A stretch of DNA of 62,077 nt, from the NCBI RefSeq assembly GCF_001194135.2, contig NC_068990.1:63677771-63739847 (forward strand), read 5' to 3'. Position numbers and translations under genes: made by a program. Numbering within the stretch: position 1 is the first letter of the stretch; each line of letters starts with the position of its first letter. This stretch comes from Octopus bimaculoides. Its lineage: Eukaryota. This document shows, piece after piece, positions 1 through 12,881 of this stretch. The notes beneath the pieces were generated by a model, which worked only from the letters and a program-made list of their open reading frames with translations, made no database searches and was not told the origin of the DNA.

Positions 1-51
<51 letters not shown>

Positions 52-343
52 CATACACACACATACATACACACACACATATATATATGTATACACATAC
101 ACACACACATATATGTATACATATTCACACATACACATACTAATATACTTACATGTCTGTTAACCATTATAACTTTGCATGTACACACACATAGACACAT
201 ACATCCATCCACACATATACAAATATATACATATATATATAGATACATACATGTATATATACAAACATACACACGTATATACATATATATATACATATAT
301 ATACATTCATATATGCAAATATATATATATATATATATATATA
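1..343. repeat. Compound (TA)n/(CA)n/(CATA)n microsatellite
   Basis: Directly visible simple repeats. Confidence 0.97.
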
Positions 344-564
344 GCGTTATCCGTAGGCAGGAGAAGTGCAGCCGGAGAGTGCAAAGTTCAGAATAAAAAG
401 TCCAGAATAAATAGTCCAGAATAAAAAAAAGGTAGGGAGTCCAGAAGTTTGTGTGTGATGAGTAGAGACAGGATTAGCTGGTGAGACCACGTGAGCGTGT
501 GCTATGTATTGGGAAAAATTCACGAAAAAACAACAGACGAAGACAGGTGGTGTAAACAACAAAT
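344..564 (-). mobile_element. Interspersed repeat fragment, probable PLE pseudo-LTR piece
   Basis: aacaacagacgaagacaggtggtgtaaacaacaaa (~530-563) is nearly identical to ~7352-7385, which continues into a hammerhead-like motif. Confidence 0.4.
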
Positions 565-570
565 GGATCT

Positions 571-813
571 GAGATCTGAGGACTGTGGAGGCCAGATAAA
601 ATGTTCAACTTCACTAGAATGTTCCTCGTACCATTCAATAACAACTTTAGCTGTGTGAATTGGTACATTATCATCCCGAAAGATTGCATTACCCTCCGGA
701 AACAGTTCCACAATCATAGGATGAATTTGATCAGATAAAATGCTTAAATAGTCTCGACTCTTAATTCTGCCGTGAAGGAAAACCATTGAGACGGCGGATT
801 TCCAAGATATAGC
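571..813 (-). mobile_element. Tc1-family transposase DDE-domain fragment
   Basis: Translation AISWKS...YLSILSDQIHP...IFRDDNVPIHTAK...WPPQSSDL matches the Tc1 FQDDNAPxH and WPPQSPDL motifs. Confidence 0.85.
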
Positions 814-1145
814 CAACTGAAGATTGCAAAGCATGTTTTCTAATGCACAGCATGAAATCAATTGATATTGGGGCGTGTAAATTATCTTCAAATTCCATCC
901 TGAAGGTAGGCCTATTTTTTGAAGTGTTCACTGCATTGCGTGTGTGTCTATTTATCGTAGGATTGGTGGTCTTTGAAGTTTTTGCTTTCATCTTTGGCAA
1001 GCGGTATTTTTACCCTTCTTTTATTCAAACATTTCATATTATACCTATTAAGGTAGAAGTCTTGCTAACCGCCTCATTATTACTGTTTTTAACGATAATA
1101 ATGCTTTTATATAGTTGCTTTTCTATATATATACATCTATATATG

Positions 1146-1207
<62 letters not shown>

Positions 1208-2879
1208 GTATATATAATGTATATACGTATATACATGTATAAATATATTCATTTATACATAACGTTGCTATGCTGTTAAACTGTCGTCTGTCTAAATTTG
1301 GCCAATGCGTTTTTTTTTTTTTACAATATTTAATTTTCCTTGGAATAGCCGGTTCTTTTGGTCAAACTATTATATCTCCAGTTGCTTCAGATGCCAAGAT
1401 ATGAAAATTGTCAAAGTGTAGTACAACGGCTTAGCATTTTTCAAAAGTGTAGTAAGTCCCACATACGACAGTTTTGCAAAAAATATTTGTGGCTGAAAAT
1501 ATCATACATACATGGAGTTACGATTTTATGCACCCAACAAAGTTTTATTGTTAAGCTGAAACTGTTGCTAATGTAAAAAGAAACGGTATGATGAAACTAT
1601 TTTTTCGTTTCCTGAAAAAGTATCGCTTTGAATTTACAACACTTTTGCATAATAGCAACGATATGTATACATACTTATTCTAAATAAAAGACCTCCTTTC
1701 CTTCTAACTTGCCTAATCGAAAGTGATAATATAATTGTTCCTATAATTGCCATTTCATCCTTGCATTGATAGCAACAGAATATAGCGATTGCAAATATAT
1801 TACACATAGGTGTTGTAATAGCCTTTTTTTTATATATTCTCATAATAACAACCCTGTCATCAACAGACTGTTTCTAGGAAAGTAACTAACCTTTAGAAAA
1901 ATCTTTCTTCGACATTGAAAATATCTATTCCTAAAACTTCTCATAGTTCCTTCAAGATACAAAACAATCGTAGGCTTTTAAAATTCGAAATTATGTAAAT
2001 ATTTATCCATTCATGTTTTGATAATGATAATTTAGCGATTAACTGATTCTTTAAAAATGATTATTTTGTTTTTATTTTTTTCATTTCTTGATAAGCTTTT
2101 ATGCCGATAATTGTCAATATTATTAGTATCGAACATATGGTTTTTATACTTATAGTAAAAGAGTGAAATTCCACATAACTTGTAGATAATTTTCACAACT
2201 TTGAGTATTGGATGAGTTACACAATACTAAACGGAACTCAGAAGTATTCGAAAACTTTCAATATAAGTTCCTAAAGCTTTTACTTCTCATATTTTTTTTA
2301 ATGAAAGCAATAAATTCCTAAAGTAAAATTATTGAATAGATTTATGTATTCTAAACAAAATATGTAAATGTTACAAACAGCCATAACAAGACATTAAATC
2401 AGAATTTGGGGCATAAAATGAAAACAATTTATCTATGGAGAGAAAGAAAGACAAACGAATGTTAGAAAGAAATAAAGAATTCTAAACAGATGACCAGAGA
2501 ATCTCTGAAGAGACGAATTGAAATATCAGATAAAACTACACCGATTTGAAAATATTCCTTGCATGACATAAAATCCCAGAAGCAATATTACATTCCAACA
2601 CCATTATCGAAATATTAAATTTCGCTGTCAATATAATTATAGTCCTTGATTTTATTTTGGAATGATTGATTCAATAATTCTTAAAACTGACTTCAGGTTG
2701 GATGAATTAATTCCACGCTTTATTCTATATAAAAACTTTGTCGGTTTGTCTCAGTTTATCATCACTTCTTAATTCATTATTTTGTATCTCTCATTCTATT
2801 TCGTCCTCCCTTTCACTGTTTTATCAATCGATCTCTCAATCTATATTCATGTGAGTTTGTTAGTACATATGTATGCGTG

Positions 2880-3296
2880 CGTGTATAATATATATATATA
2901 GATAGATAGATAGATACATACATACATACATACCTACATACATACATACATACATACATATATGTATACATACTTATAAGCGTGTTTATACATATATATA
3001 TATGTATATATATATATACACACACACATATATGTATATATACATATAAGCGTATATATGTGTGTGTGTATATACATGTATATATATATATATACACATA
3101 TATACACACATATATGTAAATATACATATAAGCGTATATAGGCGAATATGCATGCGTACATATGTATATACGTATATATGCATATATGCATGAATGTATA
3201 TATACGTATTTGTATATATATATATGCATATATACATTTATGTATGTGAGTGTGCGTGTGTGTATAAATATAGGTATAGATACATATATGTAGATA

Positions 3297-3370
<74 letters not shown>

Positions 3371-3510
3371 TGTATATATATATATACACATATATACATA
3401 TATATAGATATAGATATATACATCTACATATGTGTATACGCATATACGAATATATAAATATAAGTATATTTATACATATGTAAGTGCGCGTGTCTATGTA
3501 TATGTTTGTG
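2880..3510. repeat. Long compound (TA)n/(CATA)n/(GATA)n/(TG)n microsatellite
   Basis: Directly visible. Confidence 0.95.
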
Positions 3511-5239
3511 CGTGTGTTTGAGCATTATGTTACACATTTTCCGTCGATGCTGACGGAAACAGCTTCAATCAAAGACTGATTTATCAGCTTGCCTCGATAT
3601 TTCGTATTCATGCCTTTCATATTTATCCATTGACAAAAACAGATTCGTCAGAAATATATCAGAGACAAAGGGCTGCACTAACACATCAGTGTCTTTTACG
3701 ATTATTGTTTTCTTTAATGGCATTTTCGAGCCATCCGCTTGCCTGACCTCTATTGTAGGAAGGTTTGCAACTGTAACAACCAGTAGCAGAAAATAACAAG
3801 CTTTAATTGCACAAATATAGCTTTGCTTCTCACTTATAACTATAAGCGATAGATGATTCAGCTACTTCTGTTGGGTTATAAATGTTTACTGCTGCCATAT
3901 TATAAAACCAATATGGTGGCCAGGCGGTGTGAGTTCTAAATATGAAAATGGCTTATGACTTGCACCGACAAGTCAAATAGAAAAACGTAATTTAGACAGC
4001 ACTTTAAGTGTTTAAGTTAAATTCTATTGACACATATACTCACAAATACATACGAACATGAAAACATATATAAGAACAAGAAAACCAAATATAACTTCTA
4101 ACAAAATATTACTACAGATTTTATTGATAATAGTACTTTATCACCTACATCATATTTTCTCTGATCCCAGTGCTACAAATATTTGCATTTACAATAAAAG
4201 GATTCGTTATTATGGCGGGAAAGCGGTAGATTTCTCTCATAAATATGATGTAGTTTACCCCATAAAATCTGAATGTTATGAATACCCAACCTAAACTAAG
4301 AACCAACTATCGAAACATCAACTGATTAAAGTTTACTTTAGTCACAACATTGATCTCAAACATTCTTGATAAATTACCTGTTGGTTTTACAAAAATCTTC
4401 TATCTTTTACAATTATCTCTGATAGTGAATTCGATTTTTTTTCTTTCTTTTTTCTCGCTTTTTTTTTTTTTTGCTTAAAATAGCATCACTACCTTTGTAA
4501 ACGAATCACATTATCAACATTCTATATTTATTTACATCATTAAACAAATGTCGTATAAATATTGGTACATTGGATAGATGTCAGGTTACAACTGTTTTCA
4601 GCATTATTGAAACAATACCAGCTGTTGAGAAATAGTTTCGTCGAGTATAGTTGATTTTTCATGGTTGCAATAACTGCTCCTAATTGCATGAAGCAACGTC
4701 TTGCCTGCTAGGTTGGTTATAATTCAACTATGTATGGCATCGAAGTAACGGTATGAGGGATAAAGGTTTCTCGACGACTTCGGAATTCATGACCAAATAG
4801 AGAACATGATTCATGGTTGATTCTGAGCACCAAATCTCGTTAATTTTAAATATGTAGCATCAATGGCTTTGTAGTTAAAGTACTGCCACTTTATCGTACG
4901 TCTTAAGGTCATACATTAATAGAGTATTGGTAACAGCTGAATCTGGGAAAACTAGTGAGGTTCTGCTCGGGCAAAAAGTAACACAAATATTTCAAATAGT
5001 GGAATATGTTTTTGACATTATAAAAGTTACTAAAACCTCATATGTCACTTAACTTGAAAGAGAGCAGGATTGCAAAAAAGAACTTGATGCAAGCAACATA
5101 TATTTGTGTTGGTTATTGATAATTTTTAACCCTCCTTAATCTCATATGATTTCAGTACTGTTTTGACAATAGATACAAATTCATGTTCATAAAAATAGAT
5201 GCAAATTCATATTCATAAAAAATTACAATACATGGCTTC

Positions 5240-5578
5240 GGAACCTCGTGACCCTGGGTTCAGTCCTAGTGCGTGGCATTTTGAGCAGGTGTCTCCTGCT
5301 ATAGCCTCCGGTTGATCAGTGCCTTGTAAGAGAATTAGGCAGACAGAAACTGTGTGGAAACTCGTTTTATATAGGTGCACGCGTGAGTGTCTATGTGATT
5401 GTGCTTATCTGTCACAAATTGACAACCGTTGTTGCTTTGTTTATGTTCTCATAACACTATGGTTCGGCAAAAGAAACTGCATAATTAAAATAAATGCTAG
5501 TGCCAATATGATCGACTAAACCTTTAAGAAGGCACCCCAACATGGCCGCACTCCAATGATTAAGACCAACAAAAGAAT
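5240..5578 (+). mobile_element. SINE family A, old degenerate copy
   Basis: gggttcagtcctagtgcgtggcattttgagcaggtgtctcctgctatagcc...ggttcggcaaaaga...ggcaccccaacatggccgca aligns along its length with the copies at 45322-45757 and 47640-48063. Confidence 0.75.
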
Positions 5579-6339
5579 AATACTATTCATAGCATTATTT
5601 AATAAATATTTTATACATGTAAACAGTAATATTTCTACCCAACAGCTGAGAGAAACAAAATTTGAGTATTAGTTCTAAAAGTTTTTTTATATTTTTTTGT
5701 CTATGTCCCGAGTTCACTTCAGCTGTGATATATTTTATCAATTTATTTACTTTTTTTTATTTTCTTTAACTGATTCGATACGATACAATTAAGAGTCCTT
5801 CAATCCACTATCATTAAAGACCAGAGATTGCTTATCGTGTTTTCTTTTCATATCTTAATAAATGTACCAAATACTAACACCTGATTAGATTGCCAAGAGA
5901 CAGTTTTATTTGTAATTAGATTAAAAGGATTTCCAAAAGATTATGACTTATGTCATAAACTACTATTGAAAACAACCTCAAACTTCCAACATTCGGTCAA
6001 ATATATTTATAAACGTTTATGAAACTTTTTTCTTCAAAACAAAAACAGTGGTATTTTTTTCTTATTATAATGGGAATTTTATCTCTCTTAACTGCTAAAA
6101 TATCTTCAAAAGAATGAGAGTCTTAACTAACGTATCGTTAAATGTTTTATCTGTCAATGGGTTAATTTTGCAAGTGACAGACTTGTATCTGTAAAGCCAT
6201 CAAGTCGAAAATGTGGTGACACTGAACTACCTCTATTCAATGACCTTACATATACACTTTTGAGATACGACCTGGATAACCCGTTGCTCTTTTCTTATAT
6301 CCATATTGAGGCATTCGAAAAATCCAATTGGTACTTGTT

Positions 6340-6860
6340 GGTTAGAATTACCTTTGGGGGTCTTGTGAAACTTTTATATCTTGCCTCCAATCACAAAATT
6401 CTTGCATGCATCAAAGATTACATTCATAATAAGAGCTAGCACTGCAAAACAGGGCGTTCCCAACAATACTTCTAGACACCTGAGGAAGCCCATTCACTCT
6501 CTCCCAATAGCGGTATAAACAGCTTTGTCAGAAGAAACCACCTTCGTTGCTGCTTACATCAATGCCAACTGATTGCTCATCCACTTTCCGGTCGATCATC
6601 TGTATCCCTTAATACAACCATCTCCAAAAACCAACGTTACATGCCCTTCGATCTACAACGACCAAAAGGTGTATAGACTTAATAGTCCTCGAGATGTATG
6701 GGTGACTATGTACCAGCAACGTTAATCTCGTTGGTACCACGTCTTTATCCAATAACTTAGATCGTTAAGAAATAACTGACCTCCTAACATGTGCACTAAG
6801 TACAACCATCTAGGGCTTACAAAACTGCGAGATCACTTTGGTCTTGAATAATAGTTGATT
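6340..6860 (+). mobile_element. Highly decayed non-LTR reverse transcriptase remnant
   Basis: Frameshifted translation gives KQGVP, FVAAYINAN*LLI (YADD-like) and KYNHLG (YKYLG-like) in the expected order. Confidence 0.35.
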
Positions 6861-6906
6861 CGGCCTCCCTACCGTTACCAATCACTACAAGTATAATTCC
6901 ATTCAT

Positions 6907-7286
6907 TCAGGAAGTATGAAAGGCGGATATATTTATTTAACCACTTGTCATTCTTGGGATTACGGCCGTTTCGCAGCCTTCTTCATGTAGTAATAATTTC
7001 AAGGCATAATAAATTGTGTTTACATGTCTGTTTACATGCTACGTATTATACAATGTAGCTAGATATTCGCAAATCATTGCAAATAAAGAAAGCTAACTCA
7101 TCACATCACCAGAACATAATGGTGAATAGGAAATTGTATTGTATAATACATAACATGCATATTAATGCAAATATATAAACATAATTTATTCCATACTGAA
7201 ATAATTACAAGAAGACTGCAAAACGGCCGTAATGTTAAGGATGTCAAGTGATTTAATAAATATATTTACCTCTCATACCTCCTGAC
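6907..7286. repeat. Diverged inverted repeat, ~115-bp arms (6907-7025 / 7174-7286)
   Basis: Reverse complement of the left arm (...gaagaaggctgcgaaacggccgtaatcccaagaatgacaagtggttaaataaatatatccgcctttcatacttcctga) aligns with the right arm (...gaagactgcaaaacggccgtaatgttaaggatgtcaagtgatttaataaatatatttacctctcatacctcctga). Confidence 0.85.
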
Positions 7287-7344
7287 TTTCTACAGCTTAT
7301 ATATACATGTAAATATATATAAATATATATGGGAGAATATACAA

Positions 7345-7500
7345 ATAATAACAACAGACGAGGACAGGTGGTGTAAATAACAAAAGTATATATTAGTATG
7401 ACGCTCGGGAATACGGAAAGTGTTTGACGTTTCGAGCTACGCTCTTCAACAGAAAGAATACGGAGACAAGGAGAGAAACACGGAGAAAAAAAATTGAATA
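7345..7500 (-). mobile_element. PLE pseudo-LTR-like fragment with a minimal hammerhead-like motif
   Basis: Minus strand reads ttcttt CTGTTGA a gagc gta gctc GAAAC GTC aaaca; shares sequence with 530-563. Confidence 0.55.
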
Positions 7501-7675
7501 GTGTTCAGTCAACGGTCAATCATATATATATTTATATATATTTACATGNNNNNNNNNNNNNNNNNNNNNNNNNNNNNNNNNNNNNNNNNNNNNNNNNNNN
7601 NNNNNNNNNNNNNNNNNNNNNNNNNNNNNNNNNNNNNNNNNNNNNNNNNNNNNNNNNNNNNNNNNNNNNNNNNNN

Positions 7676-7722
<47 letters not shown>

Positions 7723-9771
7723 CATACATACATACATACATACATACATACATACATACATACATACGCACATATATTTACGTACACACACATCCACACA
7801 AGCAAACGTGTGTTATGTTCACGTTCATACGCAGACGAATATTTTACTAGGTTTCTTCTCAATAACAATAACTTCACTCACACGGCTGACATAAGAACTT
7901 GACTGTCTTTAATATCAACAACTTTTCTCTCATTACTCTCAAAAATATATTTCGATAATATCTATATTATTGTATTTCGGCAACATGAGCCGAACCACGA
8001 CCTCCGTATTATTATCATTATCATTTACACTGTATACACACCTAACACAAAAAAAACCCAAAGTAATCACTTCCACCACTTCAACTTCAGCCCAAACAAA
8101 ATCATTGCCATCATCTCTACCATTTCCAACACCATATTACATCTATCGCCCCAAGTCTCTCACTGCCACTACTAACGTCACCAACCCTATAGCTCTAACA
8201 TTACCAACGACGACAACGATGGCAGCTACTCTAAATCTGCTGCCGTTTTCGTAAATTTTTGTTGATTAATTCTCCTTCATAGGTTAGTACTTTCCACCAG
8301 CAATGTGAACTTCATCTAAGAATTTTTCAACAACTTCATCGCTGAACAATATATCCATTGTATTTCATGGAATGTTATTCGAATGTTGATGCTTTTCTGT
8401 CATGGTTGATATTTTTTTCACAACAGAATTGGCTTACCACATGTTAGAGAGCCGCCAGGGGGTTTGGGAAGTTTACGGAATTGGTTAGAACGTGACATGC
8501 GCAAGAAAAATCCTAACGTTGTCATGGAAACATAATGTCATAAGGTTATCGAATGTAGTATTTAGTTGAAACTTCAAAAGTAATTAGTTATATTGAACAA
8601 ATTTAAAGCTACAAAAATGTCATCTTAAAAAGACAGGATCGTGATTAATATTTTTGTGCAACGTATTTATGCTTGATTATTCTTTTTCTAATTATTAATA
8701 TTGTTTAAGTTTTTATTTTTTTGATTTAGTGTGTTTCTTTTTGTATTTTCTTTCTTGTCACTCCTGTTTTTGTTGTTGTTTTTTTTCCTTATTTTATGCG
8801 TAACCAACATTGCTGTTGTCACTGTCGTTCTCAATAATGCTGTTATCTTCGATGTCTTGTTTATTTCTTTGACTGTACACAGTAGTTAATGGAATACTCA
8901 GTTCTTTCAGCTTCGATCAAACATCTGTTCAGCCGCACCAATCATCTGATTCGAATCCCAATGTTTTATTCACAAAATTATGGAAACGGCAATGGTGAAT
9001 ATTTCGTATATATTCACCTTAATATAAAATATAAATCAGAATTATGGTCAGATACTGAGGAAAAATCAATTTTTTGAGACCATGATACGCTGGTGAATGA
9101 AAACGGTTGGCTAAGAATCTATTCAAATTGAAAACAAATAAAGACTATGATTAATTATCCAGAGATACTATTCCAAAGAAAAATTATAATTAGGTTAGTA
9201 TTAACATGTTTAATGTAATGAGCATCAAAAGTTTGATCAGAAATACTTATGGAACCTTTTTAATCGTACAAATATTTCATATAAAGTCAGAGAAAGGATT
9301 TGTGACAATCCTATCAAAGTATATATTTGGTTCCTAAGAAACACTAGTCATTTTCAAAATTACTAGGTGTTAAATTTTGCATAGAAGTTTCCAGTCAAGA
9401 CTGAACAACCAATTTGTGTCTAACAGAAAAGCTGCTTCTTTTGCTTCAGAATTCCGAAGGTCCAAATGTATGATCTGAAGGTTTTCCAGCTCGTAAACGC
9501 TCCCATACACCTATTATCTAATAAATATTTAAATGGATATCATAAACATTCAAATATTATTGTAAACTGTTGGGTCTTGCGCCATTTTATTGTGTGCTTC
9601 ATATATGCTTAAACATATTTTTGCATTGTCTTTATGTTTTCAATTCATATTTATTCATATACATGCATTTCTATACCCATTTATCTTCGTATTTCATTCG
9701 TGCATATTTATTCTATACACATATATGTGTGTGCGTGTATACATGCATGTTCTCTTTATCTTTTTAATTTA

Positions 9772-10500
9772 GAGTAAATTTTGAGTACGAATTAAGGAAT
9801 TGCACTCTCTCCACAAGATCACAAATTCAGCCATACTTTGGTCCAAACGGGTTGGTATATATCCTATTGCTCCAATAATAATACGTATGAAGCTGAAAGT
9901 ATATCTTGGTTATTGGATTTGCAAACTCCTTATTAATGGTCTATAGACCTTCTCTTTCTCTTGTATTTTCCAAACCACATTAGTGGCCAGAGGGCAGCCG
10001 ATTTCCACAACAGAACATATCTTCTCTTTGTAGTCCCACACAACAATATCTGGCCGGTTGTGTTTTAACTTGGTAGCTGTTCTAATTTTTAAGTTCCACC
10101 ACTATTCCTTTGACCTATAGGTCTCAATATAGTCAAATTCTGTAGATATTTTCGTATTTTCTTTTCTGTTCCAGATAGTTCTGGCCACTGCATTATGCCT
10201 CATAGAAAGATAATATCTGGAATACATTCTCTCATAGTTCGTAATAATGTGGTTGAAGTTTTCTGTTTTGGTCTTGCATAGCCTACATTTATTGTCTGTC
10301 AACTTTTCCTGCCACTTATACTGTTGGTACTTGCTGGGGGTCTCTTGTTCTTGAATTGAATGGAGGTAGCCTTCAAAGCGGGATGTCATAAACTTGTTGG
10401 TACTCCTTGCCAAGCTCTTAACATGACCAATTCCTTCTATAGTTCGTGTTTTTCGTACCAAATAACTATGTTCTAACGTCCCTGTGAACTGCTTCGTTTT
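9772..10500 (-). mobile_element. R4/Dong-like non-LTR retrotransposon, C-terminal zinc knuckle plus restriction-like endonuclease (5'-truncated, with stops)
   Basis: EGYLHSIQEQ, CRLCKTKTENFNHII, RHNAVA, WNLKIRT..HNRPDIVVWD, VVEIGCP, KEKVYRPL, IIIGAIGYIP. Confidence 0.88.
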
Positions 10501-10566
10501 TAATTTTAATGTACGTATGTATGTATGTATGTATGTATGTATGTATGTATGCATGCATGTATGTCA

Positions 10567-10668
10567 ATATTCAGTTTTATTTCGAGATTTCTTGCCAATA
10601 GGTAAAGAGCCTGTTTCTAACCTAGATCCAAGGCTCCTTCATTGGAATTTCAACATCATCTGGGTATG
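10567..10668 (-). mobile_element. Terminal (3' UTR-like) segment of the same RLE-LINE family, between (TATG)n and (GGAT)n arrays
   Basis: ccaaggctccttcattggaatttcaacatca matches tcaaggctcattcgctggaatttcagcatca at ~58010-58040, which lies downstream of the second copy's ORF end. Confidence 0.6.
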
Positions 10669-11579
10669 TTTGGATAGATGGATGGATGGATGGATGGATG
10701 GATGGATGGATGGATGAATGGATGGATGGATGGATGGATGGATGGTGTGGCATACAACTCGGAAGATATACTCGAACTTCTTGGTCTTTCGAAATATGCA
10801 TCGACCGATTGATGTGTTTCAGTGTTTGAATGCATATCGCTTTTTTTCATTTCTGCATTTTAATTACTTTTCTTCTTTATTTGTCCATTTGCTGCCTTGT
10901 ATCTGTTACTAAAGAATATGAAAGTAAAAGGGTTGAATAAATATCAGGTGTTGTTTCACTTGAAAATATCATCTAATATTTAATTCATAAATAGTTCTTT
11001 TGCCATCACTTTCCCAGAGACGCACCTGCGAAAATCTACACAACTCCTTAAGCCTTTCCCGTAAAACATTAATAGTAGTCAAACAAATGCTTCTTCTGTT
11101 TTCTGCGTCCAATTATAATGCTCACTGCTTTTATTGTTGTTGCTGATTTTTTTTTCTTTTACTTCATTGGTTGCTTCATGTCTGATGTTGAACTTCTGTT
11201 ACTATCGTTGCAGTAAAGCAATTAATAAGCATTTTTAAACGAATATTATTCAAAGTCTGAAACTCTGGAGAAAATACGAGTTATGAATATGTATCACAAG
11301 AAATACGAAAAGTGTAAATTACATCGAAAAATGTTCTAATAGTAACACTGAACATCTTCACAAGGTCTTATAAATGTCTTTGCTTTAACTCTATATCTGT
11401 GCTGTAGTACTGATGGCAAACTCTATTGCTGCCGCAAGTGCTGATACTAATTGCATTTCTCACTCGCAGGGAAATTACTAATGGTTTTGCAGGTGATAAT
11501 TGACCTACTTACTAGGATCTATTTTCAACGTGTGTATTGTAACAATGATCTCATCCACACAAATATGCGCACACTTCAT

Positions 11580-11619
<40 letters not shown>

Positions 11620-11940
11620 NNNNNNNNNNNNNNNNNNNNNNNNNNNNNNNNNNNNNNNNNNNNNNNNNNNNNNNNNNNNNNNNNNNNNNNNNNNNNNNNN
11701 NNNNNNNNNNNNNNNNNNNNNNNNNNNNNNNNNNNNNNNNNNNNNNNNNNNNNNNNNNNNNNNNNNNNNNNNNNNNNNNNNNNNNNNNNNNNNNNNNNNN
11801 NNNNNNNNNNNNNNNNNNNNNNNNNNNNNNNNNNNNNNNNNNNNNNNNNNNNNNNNNNNNNNNNNNNNNNNNNNNNNNNNNNNNNNNNNNNNNNNNNNNN
11901 NNNNNNNNNNTACATATATATATATATATATATATATATA

Positions 11941-12860
11941 CAGGGCGCGATGGGTAAATTGTCGCTATTTTATAGCGCATTGATTTCAGGGTGCAATGAG
12001 TAAATTGTTACCATTTTATATTTTTAATTTCGCGCACGTCCATTGTTTTATTTCTGATTTTGTCAACTACACAGTATAGTAGGGTTAGTTGGGCACCGTC
12101 TGTGTGAAAAACTGCACCATGACGCAATTCACACCGCCATAAATTTGGAAACAACATACTGTATTGCTTGGCATTCGGACCGGCAGCTTTTATACGAACA
12201 TTACAAAGTGTTTGGGATTCAATCTGAGTATTTACTGTGTCTCCAAAACATGTACCGAGAGTGGTAAATATCAATCATCCAGTCAATATCATGACATTTG
12301 GCGTGATCACTAGTGATGGCGAGGTTATGCCTCTATTCATCTTCCCACACGGATTCAAACTCAATGCGGTGGCCTACATCAAGTACCTGGAAGAGGTAAG
12401 GCAGCCCTGGGTCAAGAGGATAGCTGCTGGAAGACCCTATGTTTCTGCACTATGCCACACAAGCAGGAGAACCCAGTCATGACTGTCAGACAATTTCTGC
12501 AACCACATCGCCCCTAACATCTCGCCACCTAACTCCCTAGACTGAATCCCCCTTGATTATTATATGTAGGGCGCAGTTAAGAACAACAAAACTCGTTGTA
12601 ACACCAAAGATGAACTGCAGGCAAGGAATATGGCAGCATTCACCAACTTAAACAAGGAAACCGTCTAGAAGAGTTGCAGGAGATTTCGAAGTCATCTGGA
12701 GGCGGTGGTAGAAGCCAATGGCTACTTTATTGAATAAATTTACTCTTTAGTATTTCAAGATATTTTTATGTAATTTTGGTAAATATGTCTGTTAAAATGA
12801 GATGTCAGTGTTATTTTCATTTTTGCGTAATTTGAAGGAGAGTTTATTCACCACACCCTG
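11941..12860 (+). mobile_element. Internally deleted Tc1/mariner (DD37D/maT-like) element, copy 1
   Basis: Terminal inverted repeats cagggcgcgatgggtaaattgtcgc / gagagtttattcaccacaccctg, flanked by TA; translation HVPRVVNINHPVNIMTFGVITSDG...PWVKRIAAGRPYV and PPNSLD*IPLDYY. Confidence 0.9.
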
Positions 12861-12881
12861 TATATATATATATATAAATAC

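Noticed and set aside
7970-8254. Thr/Ser/Pro-rich 94-aa ORF
   Set aside because: Low-complexity ACC/ACT-rich DNA with no splice or homology support.
9330-9505. Possible minus-strand exon (VYGSVYELENLQIIHLDL...)
   Set aside because: AG present but no convincing donor and no recognisable family.
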